DNA of 64,000 bases. Origin: Azolla caroliniana (taxonomy: Eukaryota > Plantae > Polypodiophyta). Below the pieces are notes generated by a model. That model was given only the letters and a program-made list of their open reading frames with translations. It was not told the origin of the DNA and ran no database searches. The first letter of the stretch is position 1, and every line of letters begins with the position of its first letter. The DNA is taken from NCBI GenBank assembly GCA_043228905.1, contig JBHGNT010000009.1, positions 14,198,001 to 14,262,000 of the forward strand. The letters are read 5' to 3'. Position numbers and translations under genes: made by a program. Shown one piece after another: positions 1 through 12,259 of the stretch.

Positions 1-621
1 CAGTGATTCGTTATACGTTGATTTCACAAAAAATCTTGTAACTACGAAGCATTCCTTGGTTGATCATGATTGCTTTAAACAAATATTTTTCCAAAATAAT
101 TGAAGTATAAGTTATATTAAAAAATTTCAAGTAATAATAAGTTCACGAGAGAGTGTAAATACAACAAGAAGATTTCTCGACTCCATTAAATGGAGTGGTA
201 AAGAATAAAAAGATGGAAAATAGGTAGATTTGAGTATATATGGAGAAAAAAAGAATCATGAATAGAACTTTAGGCGAGAGATCCTCGAGTTTCAGTGCAA
301 CATATGAATGAATGACGGACACATTGCCTTTTGCCACTGTTGATCTTGTATGCTCCCTTGATTAGCAACTCTTGAGCTTTCTTCCAATTTTAGCAAATCT
401 TCCATCGTGTCGTTACCCTCTCCACCCATAACAATGAGCTATCATCACTCTTTTATAGTATTTGAGATGCTCTCTCCCATATAAAAATAGTGGGTGCTTT
501 ATTTATTTTAGCATGCACAAGCCTTTTTACCCGCTTGCACACTCCATGTTTCCTCTAGCACCTGATGCTAGCAAAAAGCTAATCATCAGTAATATTCATC
601 GTTGCATTCATTCTCCAATGG

Positions 622-686
622 TTCCAATTGAACTCGAACCTTTGGCTTCCCACTCATAACACAAGCTCTTACCACTTGAACTAAGC
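622..686 (-). promoter_or_regulatory. tRNA-derived Pol III A-box/B-box (degenerate SINE-like or LTR-embedded head)
   Basis: Minus strand reads TAGTTCAAGTGG-TAAGAGC...GGTTCGAGTTC with tRNA-like spacing; no intact cloverleaf. Confidence 0.55.
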
Positions 687-811
687 TTTTTGGAAATATA
701 ATTAAAACAATATTTTAGTCTCATTAGATATATTAGTCATTGACACCCTCTATGAATATGAATTTATTGAGATGTAGTAGGTGCACTTTCTACATAAAAC
801 TTCTTATGACG

Positions 812-1221
812 TGTTGAGCGAGCAAGCTCAACCGGATCCAGATCGATGTTCGGATGATATTCGAAACAAGGAGCCAGATTGGAGAGCCGGATCGGATTGA
901 AACCGATAGGCCATTAGAGGCCTAAGGATCCAGGCTAGTACGTAGGCATATATTTGGGAGTTAGTGTCAGTCGCTCGTATGAGCATTGAAGTACCTGTCA
1001 ATACTTCTGTCAGTCCTTTATGGACTTGTATAAAAGTGCTCTCTGAGCACATTCTATGTACAGAATATTGAGAGTATTTTTTGAATAGAGTTTATGTTCT
1101 GCTCCCTCTCTGTCTCTCCTGCACATATTCTCTGTGTTAAGCTTCCATTGAACCTTCCTCTCTAATTGTTGCTATCCGGTAGAGCCGGTTTGTAATACGC
1201 TTCCACACGTTCACATTTACA
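812..1221 (+). repeat. 5' LTR of copia A
   Basis: TGTTGAG...TTTACA followed by PBS; homologous to 22461-22846. Confidence 0.93.
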
Positions 1222-1314
1222 TGGTATCAGAGCGCGAGGGTTGAGAACCTCTGCAGCCGACAGACGCTTCGAAGACAAACCCTAATGCCCGGCAACAACA
1301 GACAGAGAACCGAA

Positions 1315-2466
1315 ATGGACAAAGGTATGACAAGTTCGCTTCCCACAAAAAAGCTCGACCGGAGCAACTATGCATCCTAGTCATATAAAATGCACCAGTA
1401 CTTGTTGGGGCATGGATATTGGAGCTATGTGGAAGGAACCAACGAGGTAGCACTGGAGCCGCCACACAAGGACTTCCTGGCATGCAAGCAAGGAGCGAGC
1501 CGAGTATTGTACTGCCTCATGTCCGGTGTGCATGATCAAATGCTCAGCTACATCAAAGATGCAAAAACGCCAAAGGAGGCCTGGGAAAATCTCCGGAAGA
1601 TTTTCACCGCTAGTAACATAGCACGGAAGTTGCAGTTCCGACATGAGCTCAACAATATCTGACAGAGGGATATGTTCGTGACCGACTACACCACCAAGAT
1701 AAAGGAGATTTGCGACGCACTCGGGTCCATCAACGTGACGGTGGACGAAGACGAGATGGTTCAAATCTGCCTTAGTGGTCTAGCACAACGGTATGGCCAA
1801 TCCGAACGGTGATTTGCACGCGGGAGAAGCCACCATCCTTCTTTGACTTACAATCCATGTTGATGGTTGAAGAAAACCACGCGAGCGGGTCAAGGACCAC
1901 TTAGTCGGACAACCAGATATTGTACATGGAGGTGGATCGACCCCGTGGACATGGAGGACAAGCTGGGTCGGCATGTAATGGAGGTGGCCGGCAAGAGCAG
2001 AACCGAAGGCACGGAGACAGTGCCAACAACAGTTCTGGGCCCTCCACAAGTAGGGGGAGTCAAGTCGGAGCTGGAAATCGGCAATCGAAGGCCGACACAG
2101 AATGCTGGTACTGTGGCAAGAAAGGCCACCGAGAAAGTGAGTGCTGGAAGAAGCGCGCCGATTCGGATAAATCTGGATCCGGCAATACCGGAGAGGGAAA
2201 CTAGCAAAGCTTGCACTACACAGAAGGATCAGAAGGATCCGCAACTAGGAAGACCGAAAAGGGGCTAGCCTTTGTGATGAAGCACAAGGCCAACTCGATG
2301 AAGAAGACTACTTCCGGACCGGAGGAAGTATGGTACATTGATTCCGGAGCATCCAACCACATGATGAGCCATGAAGAGTGGTTCTCTTTTTTGGAGAAAC
2401 CGGAACAACCGGGGATTGTCAAAACCGGAGACAACACCCCTCACCCGATTGTGCATGTCGAAGAAG
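1315..2466 (+). pseudogene. copia A gag, zinc knuckle and protease (disrupted)
   Basis: MHQYLLGHGYWSYV, CWYCGKKGHRESEC knuckle, WYIDSGASNHM protease motif; stops and frameshifts. Confidence 0.9.
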
Positions 2467-2674
2467 TGTGAGTTCTAGACCGTGAGGTCAATACAAGGAG
2501 TGCGAACGGTATACAATCGGTGGGTGAATGTGAGATTAAGAGTGAGAATTATAGAGAGAGAGAGAGATAGATAGATAGATGGAGAGAGAGAGATATATAT
2601 ATGTACAAAGTTTAGAGAGAGAGAAATAGACTAAAAACTAATTCATCTTAAGAGACTTAAAAAGTAATACAAAG

Positions 2675-2736
2675 AAATGGTCGAAGTGGCAAACTAGTTT
2701 CGCTCCTATGGAGCTCATCAGTGCACATGACCATTT
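2675..2736 (-). ncRNA. Type I hammerhead ribozyme motif, copy 1
   Basis: Minus strand has CTGATGA-GCTCC-ATA-GGAGC-GAAA-CTAGTT flanked by stem I strands; one stem I substitution relative to the other copies. Confidence 0.82.
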
Positions 2737-2770
2737 AGAATTGGAGGGGTTTATATAGGGAAGATAAGGG

Positions 2771-2809
<39 letters not shown>

Positions 2810-3539
2810 CAAATTTGATGATGTAGGAGATATGGGGTTTGATATATTTGGTGTGGGATAGAAGATTTTTTGGGGTTATTTGAAAAACATGTAGGGGAGT
2901 GTGAGAGAGAAAGAGAGAGGAAGGGTAAAAGAGAAGTGTGTGAGGTGGGAGTTAGGGATGATGAAGTACGTTAGAATGTATGGAGATCTTTGAAAAAAGG
3001 AGGGGGGTAGGAAGAATTGGAGGGTATATTGGAAATTAAAGTGGAGGAGGAAAGGGTAGAGTGAGATTAAGAAGAATGAAAGGGGGGGAGGGGTACGAGA
3101 AATTTACTAAAAGAGGGAGGGGTATGAATGTAATTCTAGAAAAAAGGAAGGGGGAAAGGGGTAGATTGAAATTAGTGAACGAGACAGGGGTAGAGTAAAT
3201 TGACAAAGTGGGAATGAAGTGAAAAGATCACCAAGAACGATTCAAGCGCACCCAAATCGTTTCATATACTTGGCGTGAGTTAGGGAAAGGTAGGGGTAAA
3301 GTTAGAGTGGCAATGAAAAAGTAAAGGGAGGGGTAGAAGATCAAATTAGGAAAAATAAGGGGGAGGTGATGGTTAGAAAAATAAAATAAAATTTGGAAAC
3401 AATAAAAGGTGAGGGGAGGGGTAGGATTAGAAAATAGGAAAAAGGAGAATGAGGGGAAGAGGCTAAAAATTAAGAGGTGAGGGGTAGAATTGGAAAATAG
3501 GAGAAACTGAATTAGGGGAGGATGCTAAAAGTTAAAATG

Positions 3540-3830
3540 TGAGGGGTAGGGTTAAAGATAAGGAAAAGTAAGGGGAGGGTATAGTGAAAATATGGAAAGG
3601 TTTGGGAAGGGGTAGAGTTAAAGATAAGGAAAAGTAAGGGGGAGGGTATAGTGAAAATATGGAAAAGTTAGGGAAGGGGTAGAGTTAAAGATAAGGAAAA
3701 GTAAGGGGGAGGGAGGGTATAGTGAAAATATTGAAAAGTTTGGGAAGGGGTAGAGTTAAAGATAAGGAAAAATAAGGGGGAGGGTATAGTGGAAATATCG
3801 AAAAGTGAGGGAAGGGGTAGAGTTGAAAAT
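3540..3830 (+). repeat. G/A-rich tandem repeat, ~66-bp unit, about 4 copies
   Basis: Recurrent GGGAAGGGGTAGAGTTAAAGATAAGGAAAAGTAAGGGGGAGGGTATAGTGAAAATA. Confidence 0.85.
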
Positions 3831-4531
3831 AGGTAAGGGTATGTTGAGAATTAGGTAAAGATAAAAGAGGGGTAAAGTTAATATAGAGAGACTATGGGGG
3901 AAGGATATCATGCAAGAGAAAGTGAGTGGGAGGGAGAGTGATGCAAGGTATATTGGTTACAACGGAAGGGTAGAACATATGTTGAATACAAATGCCGGCT
4001 ACAATGTAGTCCCGTGCATTGGAAAGGAAAGGAAATACTAAGATTATGCAAAATGCCAACTATTGAAAGTAGTCCATATGCACACATACTAAAAGAGACA
4101 AAAGGGAATGCATGGCTACCGAATGTAGTCCCATGCTTACAATGAAAAGATGTAAGGAAGTGAGAGATAATATGTTGAAGGCATGTATGGGATGCCGATG
4201 ATGCCGTTGCAAATGCCTTCCACTTGAAATGAGGGAACTCGACACGAAGTGGATACTCGAAGGGCGTCGATCATATGCCATCGTGGGTTCACGTCTCTGT
4301 GGATTGGTCCTCCATAGAAATTACTACGAATTGTGAGTTCTAGACCGTGAGGTCAATACAAGGAGTGCGAACGGTATACAATCGGTGGGTGAATGTGAGA
4401 TTAAGAGTGAGAATTATAGAGAGAGAGAGAGAGAGATAGATGGAGAGAGAGAGATATATATGTACAAAGTTTAGAAAGAGAGAAAGACTAAAAACTAATT
4501 CATATTAAGAGACTTAAAAAGAAATACAAAG

Positions 4532-4593
4532 AAATGGTCGATGTGGCAAACTAGTTTCGCTCCTACGGAGCTCATCAGTGCACATGACCATTT
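4532..4593 (-). ncRNA. Type I hammerhead ribozyme motif, copy 2
   Basis: Exact reverse complement of 5495-5556. Confidence 0.88.
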
Positions 4594-4628
4594 AGAATTG
4601 GAGGGGTTTATATAGGGAAGATAAGGGA

Positions 4629-4688
<60 letters not shown>

Positions 4689-5389
4689 TGTTCAAATTTG
4701 ATGATGTAGGAGATATGGGGTTTGATATATTTGGTGTGGGATATGTTCATTCTCCTTTTTCCTATTTTCTAATCCTACCCCTCCCCTCACCTTTTATTGT
4801 TTCCAAATTTTATTATTTTTTTCTAACCATCACCTCCCCCTTATTTTTCCTAATTTGATCTTCTACCCCTCCCTTTACTTTTTCATTGCCACTCTAACTT
4901 TACCCCTACCTTTCCCTAACTCACGCCAAGTATATGAAACGATTTGGGTGCGCTTGAATCGTTCTTGGTGATCTTTTCACTTCATTCCCACTTTGTCAAT
5001 TTACTCTACCCCTGTCTCGTTCACTAATTTCAATCTACCCCTTTCCCCCTTCCTTTTTTCTAGAATTACATTCATACCCCTCCCTCTTTTAGTAAATTTC
5101 TCGCACCCCTCCCCCCCTTTCATTCTTCTTAATCTCACTCTACCCTTTCCTCCTCCACTTTAATTTCCAATATACCCTCCAATTCTTCCTACCCCCCTCC
5201 TTTTTTCAAAGATCTCCATACATTCTAACGTACTTCACCATCCCTAACTCCCACCTCACACACTTCTCTTTTACCCTTCCTCTCTCTTTCTCTCTCACAC
5301 TCCCCTACATGTGTTTCAAATAACCCCAAAAAATCTTCTATCCCACACCAAATATATCAAACCCCATATCTCCTACATCATCAAATTTG

Positions 5390-5426
<37 letters not shown>

Positions 5427-5472
5427 TCTCCCTCTCACACACACACACACACACACACGTCCCTTATCTTCC

Positions 5473-5481
5473 CTATATAAA
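5473..5481 (+). promoter_or_regulatory. TATA box in pseudo-LTR just upstream of the hammerhead
   Basis: CTATATAAA ending ~14 nt before stem I; present in all three copies. Confidence 0.5.
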
Positions 5482-5494
5482 CCCCTCCAATTCT

Positions 5495-5556
5495 AAATGG
5501 TCATGTGCACTGATGAGCTCCGTAGGAGCGAAACTAGTTTGCCACATCGACCATTT
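5495..5556 (+). ncRNA. Type I hammerhead ribozyme motif, copy 3
   Basis: AAATGGTCATGTGCA-CTGATGA-GCTCC GTA GGAGC-GAAA-C TA G-TT-TGCCACATCGACCATTT: intact core, 5-bp stem II, palindromic minimal stem III (ACTAGT), 15-bp stem I with two bulged C; predicted cleavage after 5539. Confidence 0.88.
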
Positions 5557-5642
5557 CTTTGTATTACTTTTTAAGTCTCTTAATATGAATTAGTTTTTAG
5601 TCTATTTCTCTCTCTCTAAACTTTGTACATATATATCTCTCT

Positions 5643-5689
<47 letters not shown>

Positions 5690-5772
5690 ATTCTCACTCT
5701 TTATCTCACATTCACCCACCGATTGTATACCGTTCGCACTCCTTGTATTGACCTCACGGTCTAGAACTCACA

Positions 5773-8700
5773 ACACCCCTCACCCGATTGTGCATGTCGA
5801 AGAAATCCCTTTAAGCCATGTCGGACAAAAGCGGAAGTTGATGAACATACTACACGTTCCAACTATCACAAAGAACCTGGTGTTAGTTGGACAAATCGTC
5901 GACGAGGGGATGCAGGTGCGATTTACGCACCTCGAGTGCTTCATCGAGGAAGAAGGCCGGATAATTGCGCAAGGGCGCAGAGAAGGGAGGATGTTCTTCC
6001 TCAACACTAATGACATAGGCACCGTTATGTTTGCCAAAGGACAGAAGATTGAATTGGACATCGATCTTTGGCATAAGCGGATCAGCCACGTCAATTACCG
6101 GAGGCTTCAGGACCTGCAATCGAAACATGTTGTGTTCGGTTTGCCGAAATTCAGTGGCAGGAAGGCCCAAATTTGTGAAGCCTACCAGCTCGGGAAGCAA
6201 CACCGGCTTCCATTCCCCACCGTACAAAACCGGAGCTGTAACAAGCTCAAATTAATCCATTCGGATGTATGGGGATCGACACAAAATGTTAGTCTTGGCG
6301 GGCGTCGGTATTTCGTCTCCTTCATCGATGACTACAGCCGGCACATGTGGATCTACCTCATCGAGAAGAAAAACGAAGTCTTCGACTGTTTCCTGAACCT
6401 TCAAAGCTTAGTCGAAAGGGAAACGAAGAGGAAGATAAAGTGCCTGCAGTCGGATGGCGGAAAAAAATACTTTTTCAGCCAATTCAACAACTATCTATAG
6501 CAGAAGGGAATTCGGAGAGAATTTAGCTACAGGTACACACCGGAACAAAACGGTGTGGCCGAAAGGAAGAATTGGTCGATTGTCGACGCGATGAGGGCAA
6601 TGCTGGAGGAAAAGAACATGCCCAAATTCTACTAGGCGGAGGCGATCTGGACGGCCGTCTAAATCCAAAACCGGATCGGAGACAAGGTGTTTGCACACGA
6701 GCTGTACTTCGGGCGCAAGCCGAATTTGAAGCACCTTCGGATATTCGGTAGCATAGCATATGTGCATGCACCGGATGAGAAGCGGAAGAAGCTAGATCCG
6801 AAGTCAGAGAAGTGCATCCTAGCCGGTTACTCGCATGAGCAGAAGGGGTATAAGTGTTATAACCCTCGGACTAAGCAAGTCCGACTAAGTCGAGATGTCG
6901 AGTTTGATGAGTCGGCATCATGGTACTCACTACCGACTCCAACCTCCGACTCCGACCCGATTCCGGAAGATGAGACTAGTGAGCCCGAGGAGGTCCAGGT
7001 AGAAGATGAAGACTTCGACACTCTAGAAGAGAGTCCAATATCATTCCGGCTAAGTGGGTTGAATGAGTAGCTGAGTCGAGATGACCAGTCGAATGAAGAA
7101 CCGATAAGTAGTGGAGACTCTATCGTGCTCTCCCCGCGCAAGGAACCAAGGAGACAGTTCACGCGCAAAGAGAAGGGGAAGAAGAAGATGCCGGAATACG
7201 ATATCGGCAGTGAAGGGTCGGATCGGAGCGAATCTGACCCCGGAAAGGGAGAAGGCGGATCATCAGAAATGAAGTTCGAACCGGCCAAGAAGGGCCCCAA
7301 ACCGGGTAACGACAAGTTACGCTGGTCATCACGCCAAAAGAATCCCGTAAAGAGATAGGAGTACAATGAGTACATGGTGCATCACTATGCGTACATGACT
7401 AAGGTGGAGGAAGTGCGTGAGCCGGAGAGCTACGCAGAAGCAGCAAAAGACGCAAATTGGCGTGCTGCTATGGAGGAAGAAATGTGGGCACTAGATGTGA
7501 ATGACACATGGGATCTGGTTGACCCACCCCAATAGTGTAAACCGATCGGATGCAAGTGGGTATATAAGGTGAAGTACAACGCCGACGGTTCGGTCAACCA
7601 GTACAAAGCCCGGTTAGTGGTGAAGGGATACACATATACCCACGAAATCGACTATGACAAGACCTTCGCTCCGGTAGAGAAGATGATGACGGTTCGTGTG
7701 GTATTGGTTGTTGTTGAGGCAAGGGGATGGCATCTTCACCAAATGGACGTGAAGAATGCATTTCTTCAAGGTGATCTTGAAGAACGGGTCTATATGATCC
7801 AACCCCTCGGTTTCCAATCGAAGATGAACAAGTCGGCAGTATGCTGACTCAAGAAGTCGCTTTACGGTCTGAAGCAAGCCCCCCGAGCTTGGAATGCAAA
7901 GGTCACACACCGGTTGCGTAAGATGGGGTTTGCGGCCTCAAAGTCCGACACTTCCTTGTTCATCCGGAACGGTCCGGACGGTCCGGTGTGCATCCTGCTA
8001 TATGTAGATGATTTAGTCATCCCCGGACCCGGACTCGATGAAATCGGCCATGTGAAGTCCCAGCTGTTGGACGCATTTGAGATGAAGGACCTGGGGGACC
8101 TTGATTATTTCCTTGGGATCGAGGTGATCCGAACCCCTGACGGCATATTGGGGACCTTGATTATTTCCTTGGGATAGAGGTGATCCGAACCCTCGATGGC
8201 ATATTGCTCTCACAACGCCATTATGTGTTGAATATGTTGTACAAGTTCGGCATGACGGAATGTTGACCGATCTCTACACCCCTGGACCGGAACCTGAAGC
8301 TACATCCGGACTCCAGACCGACTTGTGATGAGAAACGGTTCCGACAAATTGTTGGGAGCCTTATATACCTGACGATCACCTAACCCGACATCAGGTATCC
8401 AGTCAGAGTGATTAGCTAGTTCATGCAGAAACCGGTCGTCGAACACCTTCTGTGCGCACATTGGATACTCCGGTATGTTAGCGGCATGAAGGACCGGGGA
8501 CTGTTATACCAACATGGTATAATTGAAGAGCTAGTTGAATACACCGATGCCGACTGGGCTGGTGATGCATCGGATCTCCGATCCACCTCCGGTTACATGT
8601 TTTCTCTACGTAGTGCGGTTGTTGCGTGGAGCAGCAAAAAGCAGCCGACAGTGGCTTTGTTGAGCACTGAGGTTGAGTACTGGGGCACTACCAATGCCAC

Positions 8701-9188
8701 CTATGAAGCCATTTGGCTTTCGCGACTACTGCGTGACCTCCAGATCGAGGAACCGACCTCGATCCTGATCTATTGTGACAACATGAGCAACATTCAGCTC
8801 GCCAAGAACCCTGTATTCCATGCTCGGACAAAGCACATAGAAGTGCATTATCACTTCATGCGTGAGCGGGTCTTGAGCGGTGAAGTTGAATTTCGATATG
8901 TTCAAACATATCGGAAAATTGTCGATATCTTCACCAAACCGCTCGGGTCAGACAAGTTGCAGCACTTCACCGAAATGCTCGGTGTTCAGCATCTCGACGT
9001 GCTGCACTTGAGGGGGAGAATAGGAATGGGAACGAATGGCACCGGACAAGGAACTAGAGAGGAAGAAAGAACAAAGGGGGGAGATAAGCAGAAAAAGGAA
9101 GCTGAGTCGACCGAAGGAGTCGGCACATCCGAACAAGTCGAAGCAAACGACAACGACGACAGAGTGGTCCGATGTGGTGAAGGGTCTA
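5773..9188 (+). pseudogene. copia A integrase, RT and RNase H (disrupted)
   Basis: LWHKRISH, LIHSDVWG, FIDDYSR, HQMDVKNAFL, LLYVDDL, YTDADWAG, HARTKHIEVHYHF motifs with many stops. Confidence 0.93.
8095..8206 (+). repeat. 56-bp tandem duplication inside copia A RT
   Basis: GGGACCTTGATTATTTCCTTGGGAT...GGCATATTG occurs twice (8095-8150, 8151-8206). Confidence 0.85.
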
Positions 9189-10121
9189 CCCGGGGGCTTC
9201 ACTGTCAAAACTTGTATGATAGCACATGAGTTCATCAAAAGGGGTTTAAATTGACCACTGAGATACAAAATGTATATATATAAGGGTATAAATAAATCTT
9301 TGAAAATATATCTACCTAAGGGTATTATCAATTATGTTAGAGAAAAAAATTAAATAAACCCATGAAATATTAAATATTTCAATGAGATAGTAAAGAATAT
9401 ATTATGCAAACAATGCTCAAATTTGGAGTAGCATATATACATTATATATACATATACATGCGTGCATGCATATATACCTACATTTAAACATTACATCCAT
9501 GAATATGTATATACACACAATACACCCATTTATACATGCATAGTGACCATAGATTGACATATTCGCATTCGTGGGCATTCCCATTCGAATGCAAACGAAT
9601 ACGAATAAGAATGGGAAGTCAAGTATTCGTGTTTTTTTTTTTTTTGAGAAAAAGTGTATTCAAAGAGTATGAACAAAGAACGGTCTACAGGGAGCAGAGA
9701 ATAGCTAAAACAACGAACAGTGAACGACGAACAGCCTACAACGAGTAGTGAATCGTGATAGGTACCTTGAAGGCAGAAAATTAGGGTTCGACTATGTCCT
9801 TGTCTCTTCTATGTGATGCCTAATTCTCACCTCCTCTTGCATCTTGTTCCCTAAAAATTAGGGTTTGGCTGAAATTGATGTTGATGTCACTTCGAAATCA
9901 GTAAGTCTCTCTTCTCTCTTCTCATCTATTTCTTCTTTATTCAAGCTTTTGTTCAGAAATTATGTTTGATGATTGAGATTACGTTTCCCTTGTATCTCAT
10001 GTTGAAATTTTTTTATGTTACATCAGATTAATCTCTCCCAAAATCAGTGGAAGGTAATTAGCTTATTAACAGGGTGAAATTTCTATTGATTATTGACACT
10101 TCCAGAGGTTAATTTACTAAA

Positions 10122-12179
10122 ATGGTGAAGCAAAAGGCCTTTGAATGGGATCATGTGACCATTGTGCGAAAACCTGATAAGGGTATGCCCGTTGTTCAAT
10201 GCAAACATTGCCAACATGTATTTGTTGGTGGCCCCTTCCGAATTAGAGCTCACCTATTGGGCACGAAAGGTTTCGGTGTTGACAAATGCCGTCGAATTGA
10301 TGCTATCAAAAAAGTTGAAGTACAAAAAATGATATCTAATACTAGTTATGCAAATGTTGATGTCGATGGGGGATCATCAATGAAATGCAATGCTGAAAAA
10401 AGTAGTGCAAATGTTGATGTTGTGGAGTCAACATCTATCAATGAAATGCTTTCATCATCTTCTGTCAATGCATCAACAAATAAAAAGATGAAAGTAGACA
10501 ATGGTGAACCCTTGAAAGTGTCATGGCAAAAACAACTTGATAAAAATGTTGATGAAGCTATTAGGAGGTTTTTTTTTGTAGAGGATGTACCAGATGTAAA
10601 AGCGGGAAGTGCATATTTTCATGACCTAATAAAAGCCGTAGCACTTGCTGGGCCTTCTTATAAGCCATCATCTCCTAATCAATTACGTAGAAGGCACTTG
10701 AATGAAGAGGTGAATTATGTTAAAAATGAGATTATCCGAATTAGAGAAAAATGGAAAATTGTTGGATGTACGATTGTAAGTGATGGTTGGTCAGATACAA
10801 AGAAAAGACCTATAATTAATGTCATGGCTGCTTCGGCATATGGCACTGTGTTTCTGAAATCAATTGACACTAGTGGAGAATGTAAATCAGGAGAGTATAT
10901 TTTTAAGATTTTGAAAGAGGTTATTCTTGATATTGGCCCATCAAATGTTGTGCAAGTTTGTATGGACAATGCAACAAATTGTGTGGCAGCTGGGAGGATG
11001 ATAGAAAAAGAGTGGCCCATGATCTTTTTTACTAGATGCACATGTCACTGCCTTGATTTGTTGTTTGAAGATATTGGAAAATGTGCTTGGGTTCATGATG
11101 TTATGAAATTAGCTACAAAGCTAATCGTGTTTATAACACGAAAACAACATTCTTTGGCAATGTTTCATAAGTTTAGTGAGAAAGAATTGTTAAAGCCTTC
11201 CACTACTAGGTTTGCCTATAGTTTTATCATGCTTTCAAACTTATTGGATGATAGAGTCAAAGGGGGATTAAGAAGAATGGTGGTTAGTGAACAATGGTGT
11301 CAATGGAAAGGATCGAAAACACAACAAGGAGAAGAAATAGTTTCAATTGTACTTGATGCTTCCTTTTGGGCAAATATGAAGAAGATAGTAAAGATATGCA
11401 AGCCAATCCTAAAAGTTCTTAGATTGGCGGATAGAGAAGGAGCAACCATGGGTTTAATTTATGAATGTACTCAACATATGATAGAAGAAATAAACCACAT
11501 TGAAGATGTAGATCATATAATGCTTGATGAAATTAAAGAAATATGTATGCAAAGATGGACAATGTTACAATCACCATTGCATGCAACCGGCTTTATTTTG
11601 CATCCAATTTGGAGAGAAAAAATTCAAGATATTGATGATAAGGTTAATACAAGTTGGATGGAAACTATTATGCGTTATACCAATGGTGATATAAATCTAT
11701 GTAGTGTTTTATTAAATGACTTCTTTGCTTATAGAACTCAAGAAAAAAGTACATTTCAAATTCCTATGGCAAATGATCCAACTATGATGCATAATGCAAT
11801 TAAGTGGTGGGAAACATTTGGAGCATGTACTCCAAACTTAAAAAGGCTTGCAATTCGTGTGCTTTCTCAAGGTTCATGTGCATCTTCTTGTGAAAGAAAT
11901 TGGAGCACATTCTCATCGATACATACAAAAAAAAGAAATAGATTGACTCATGCTCATGTTTAGAAATTGGTTTATATACATACAAATCATAATCTCATTA
12001 GAAGAATAAGGGAAACGAGATTATGCCTCAATGAAGTAACATTGGATATGATCAACAAAGAAGAAGTTGATGAGAGGCTTTTGAGAATGCAAAACCAAGC
12101 TATTAATGAAAATGACGAAGTCGATGAGGATATTATTGATGAGCTTGAAGATATGGATGATGAATATGATAGTGCGTAG
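10122..12179 (+). pseudogene. hAT transposase (BED finger, DUF659-type core, dimerisation domain) with one in-frame stop at 11961-11963
   Basis: CKHC...RIRAHL, TIVSDGW, CTCHCLDL, TRF, WWETFG...LAIRVLSQ...CERNWSTF...KKRNRL; the frame continues as LVYIHTN after the stop. Confidence 0.92.
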
Positions 12180-12259
12180 AGGCTTTTGAGAATGCAAAAC
12201 CAAGCTATTGATGGAAACAATGAAGTCCATGAGGAAATTATTGATGAGCTTGAAGATAT

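Larger units (their letters stand above)
2467..5772 (-). mobile_element. Non-coding hammerhead-ribozyme retroelement (non-autonomous Penelope-like or retrozyme-like) with direct and inverted pseudo-LTRs
   Basis: 4332-4743 directly repeats 2467-2860; 4747-5772 is the reverse complement of 2467-3452; three hammerhead cores; flanking duplication 2434-2466/5773-5805; no credible ORF. Confidence 0.8.

Noticed and set aside
622-686. Functional tRNA genes (also at 12260-12325 and 24844-24910)
   Set aside because: Only A/B boxes are recognisable; acceptor and anticodon stems do not pair.
2467-5772. Foldback/Mutator-like DNA element with 1-kb TIRs
   Set aside because: The additional internal direct repeat, the hammerheads, the filler junction and the ~33-bp duplication fit a retrotransposed structure, not a DDE element.
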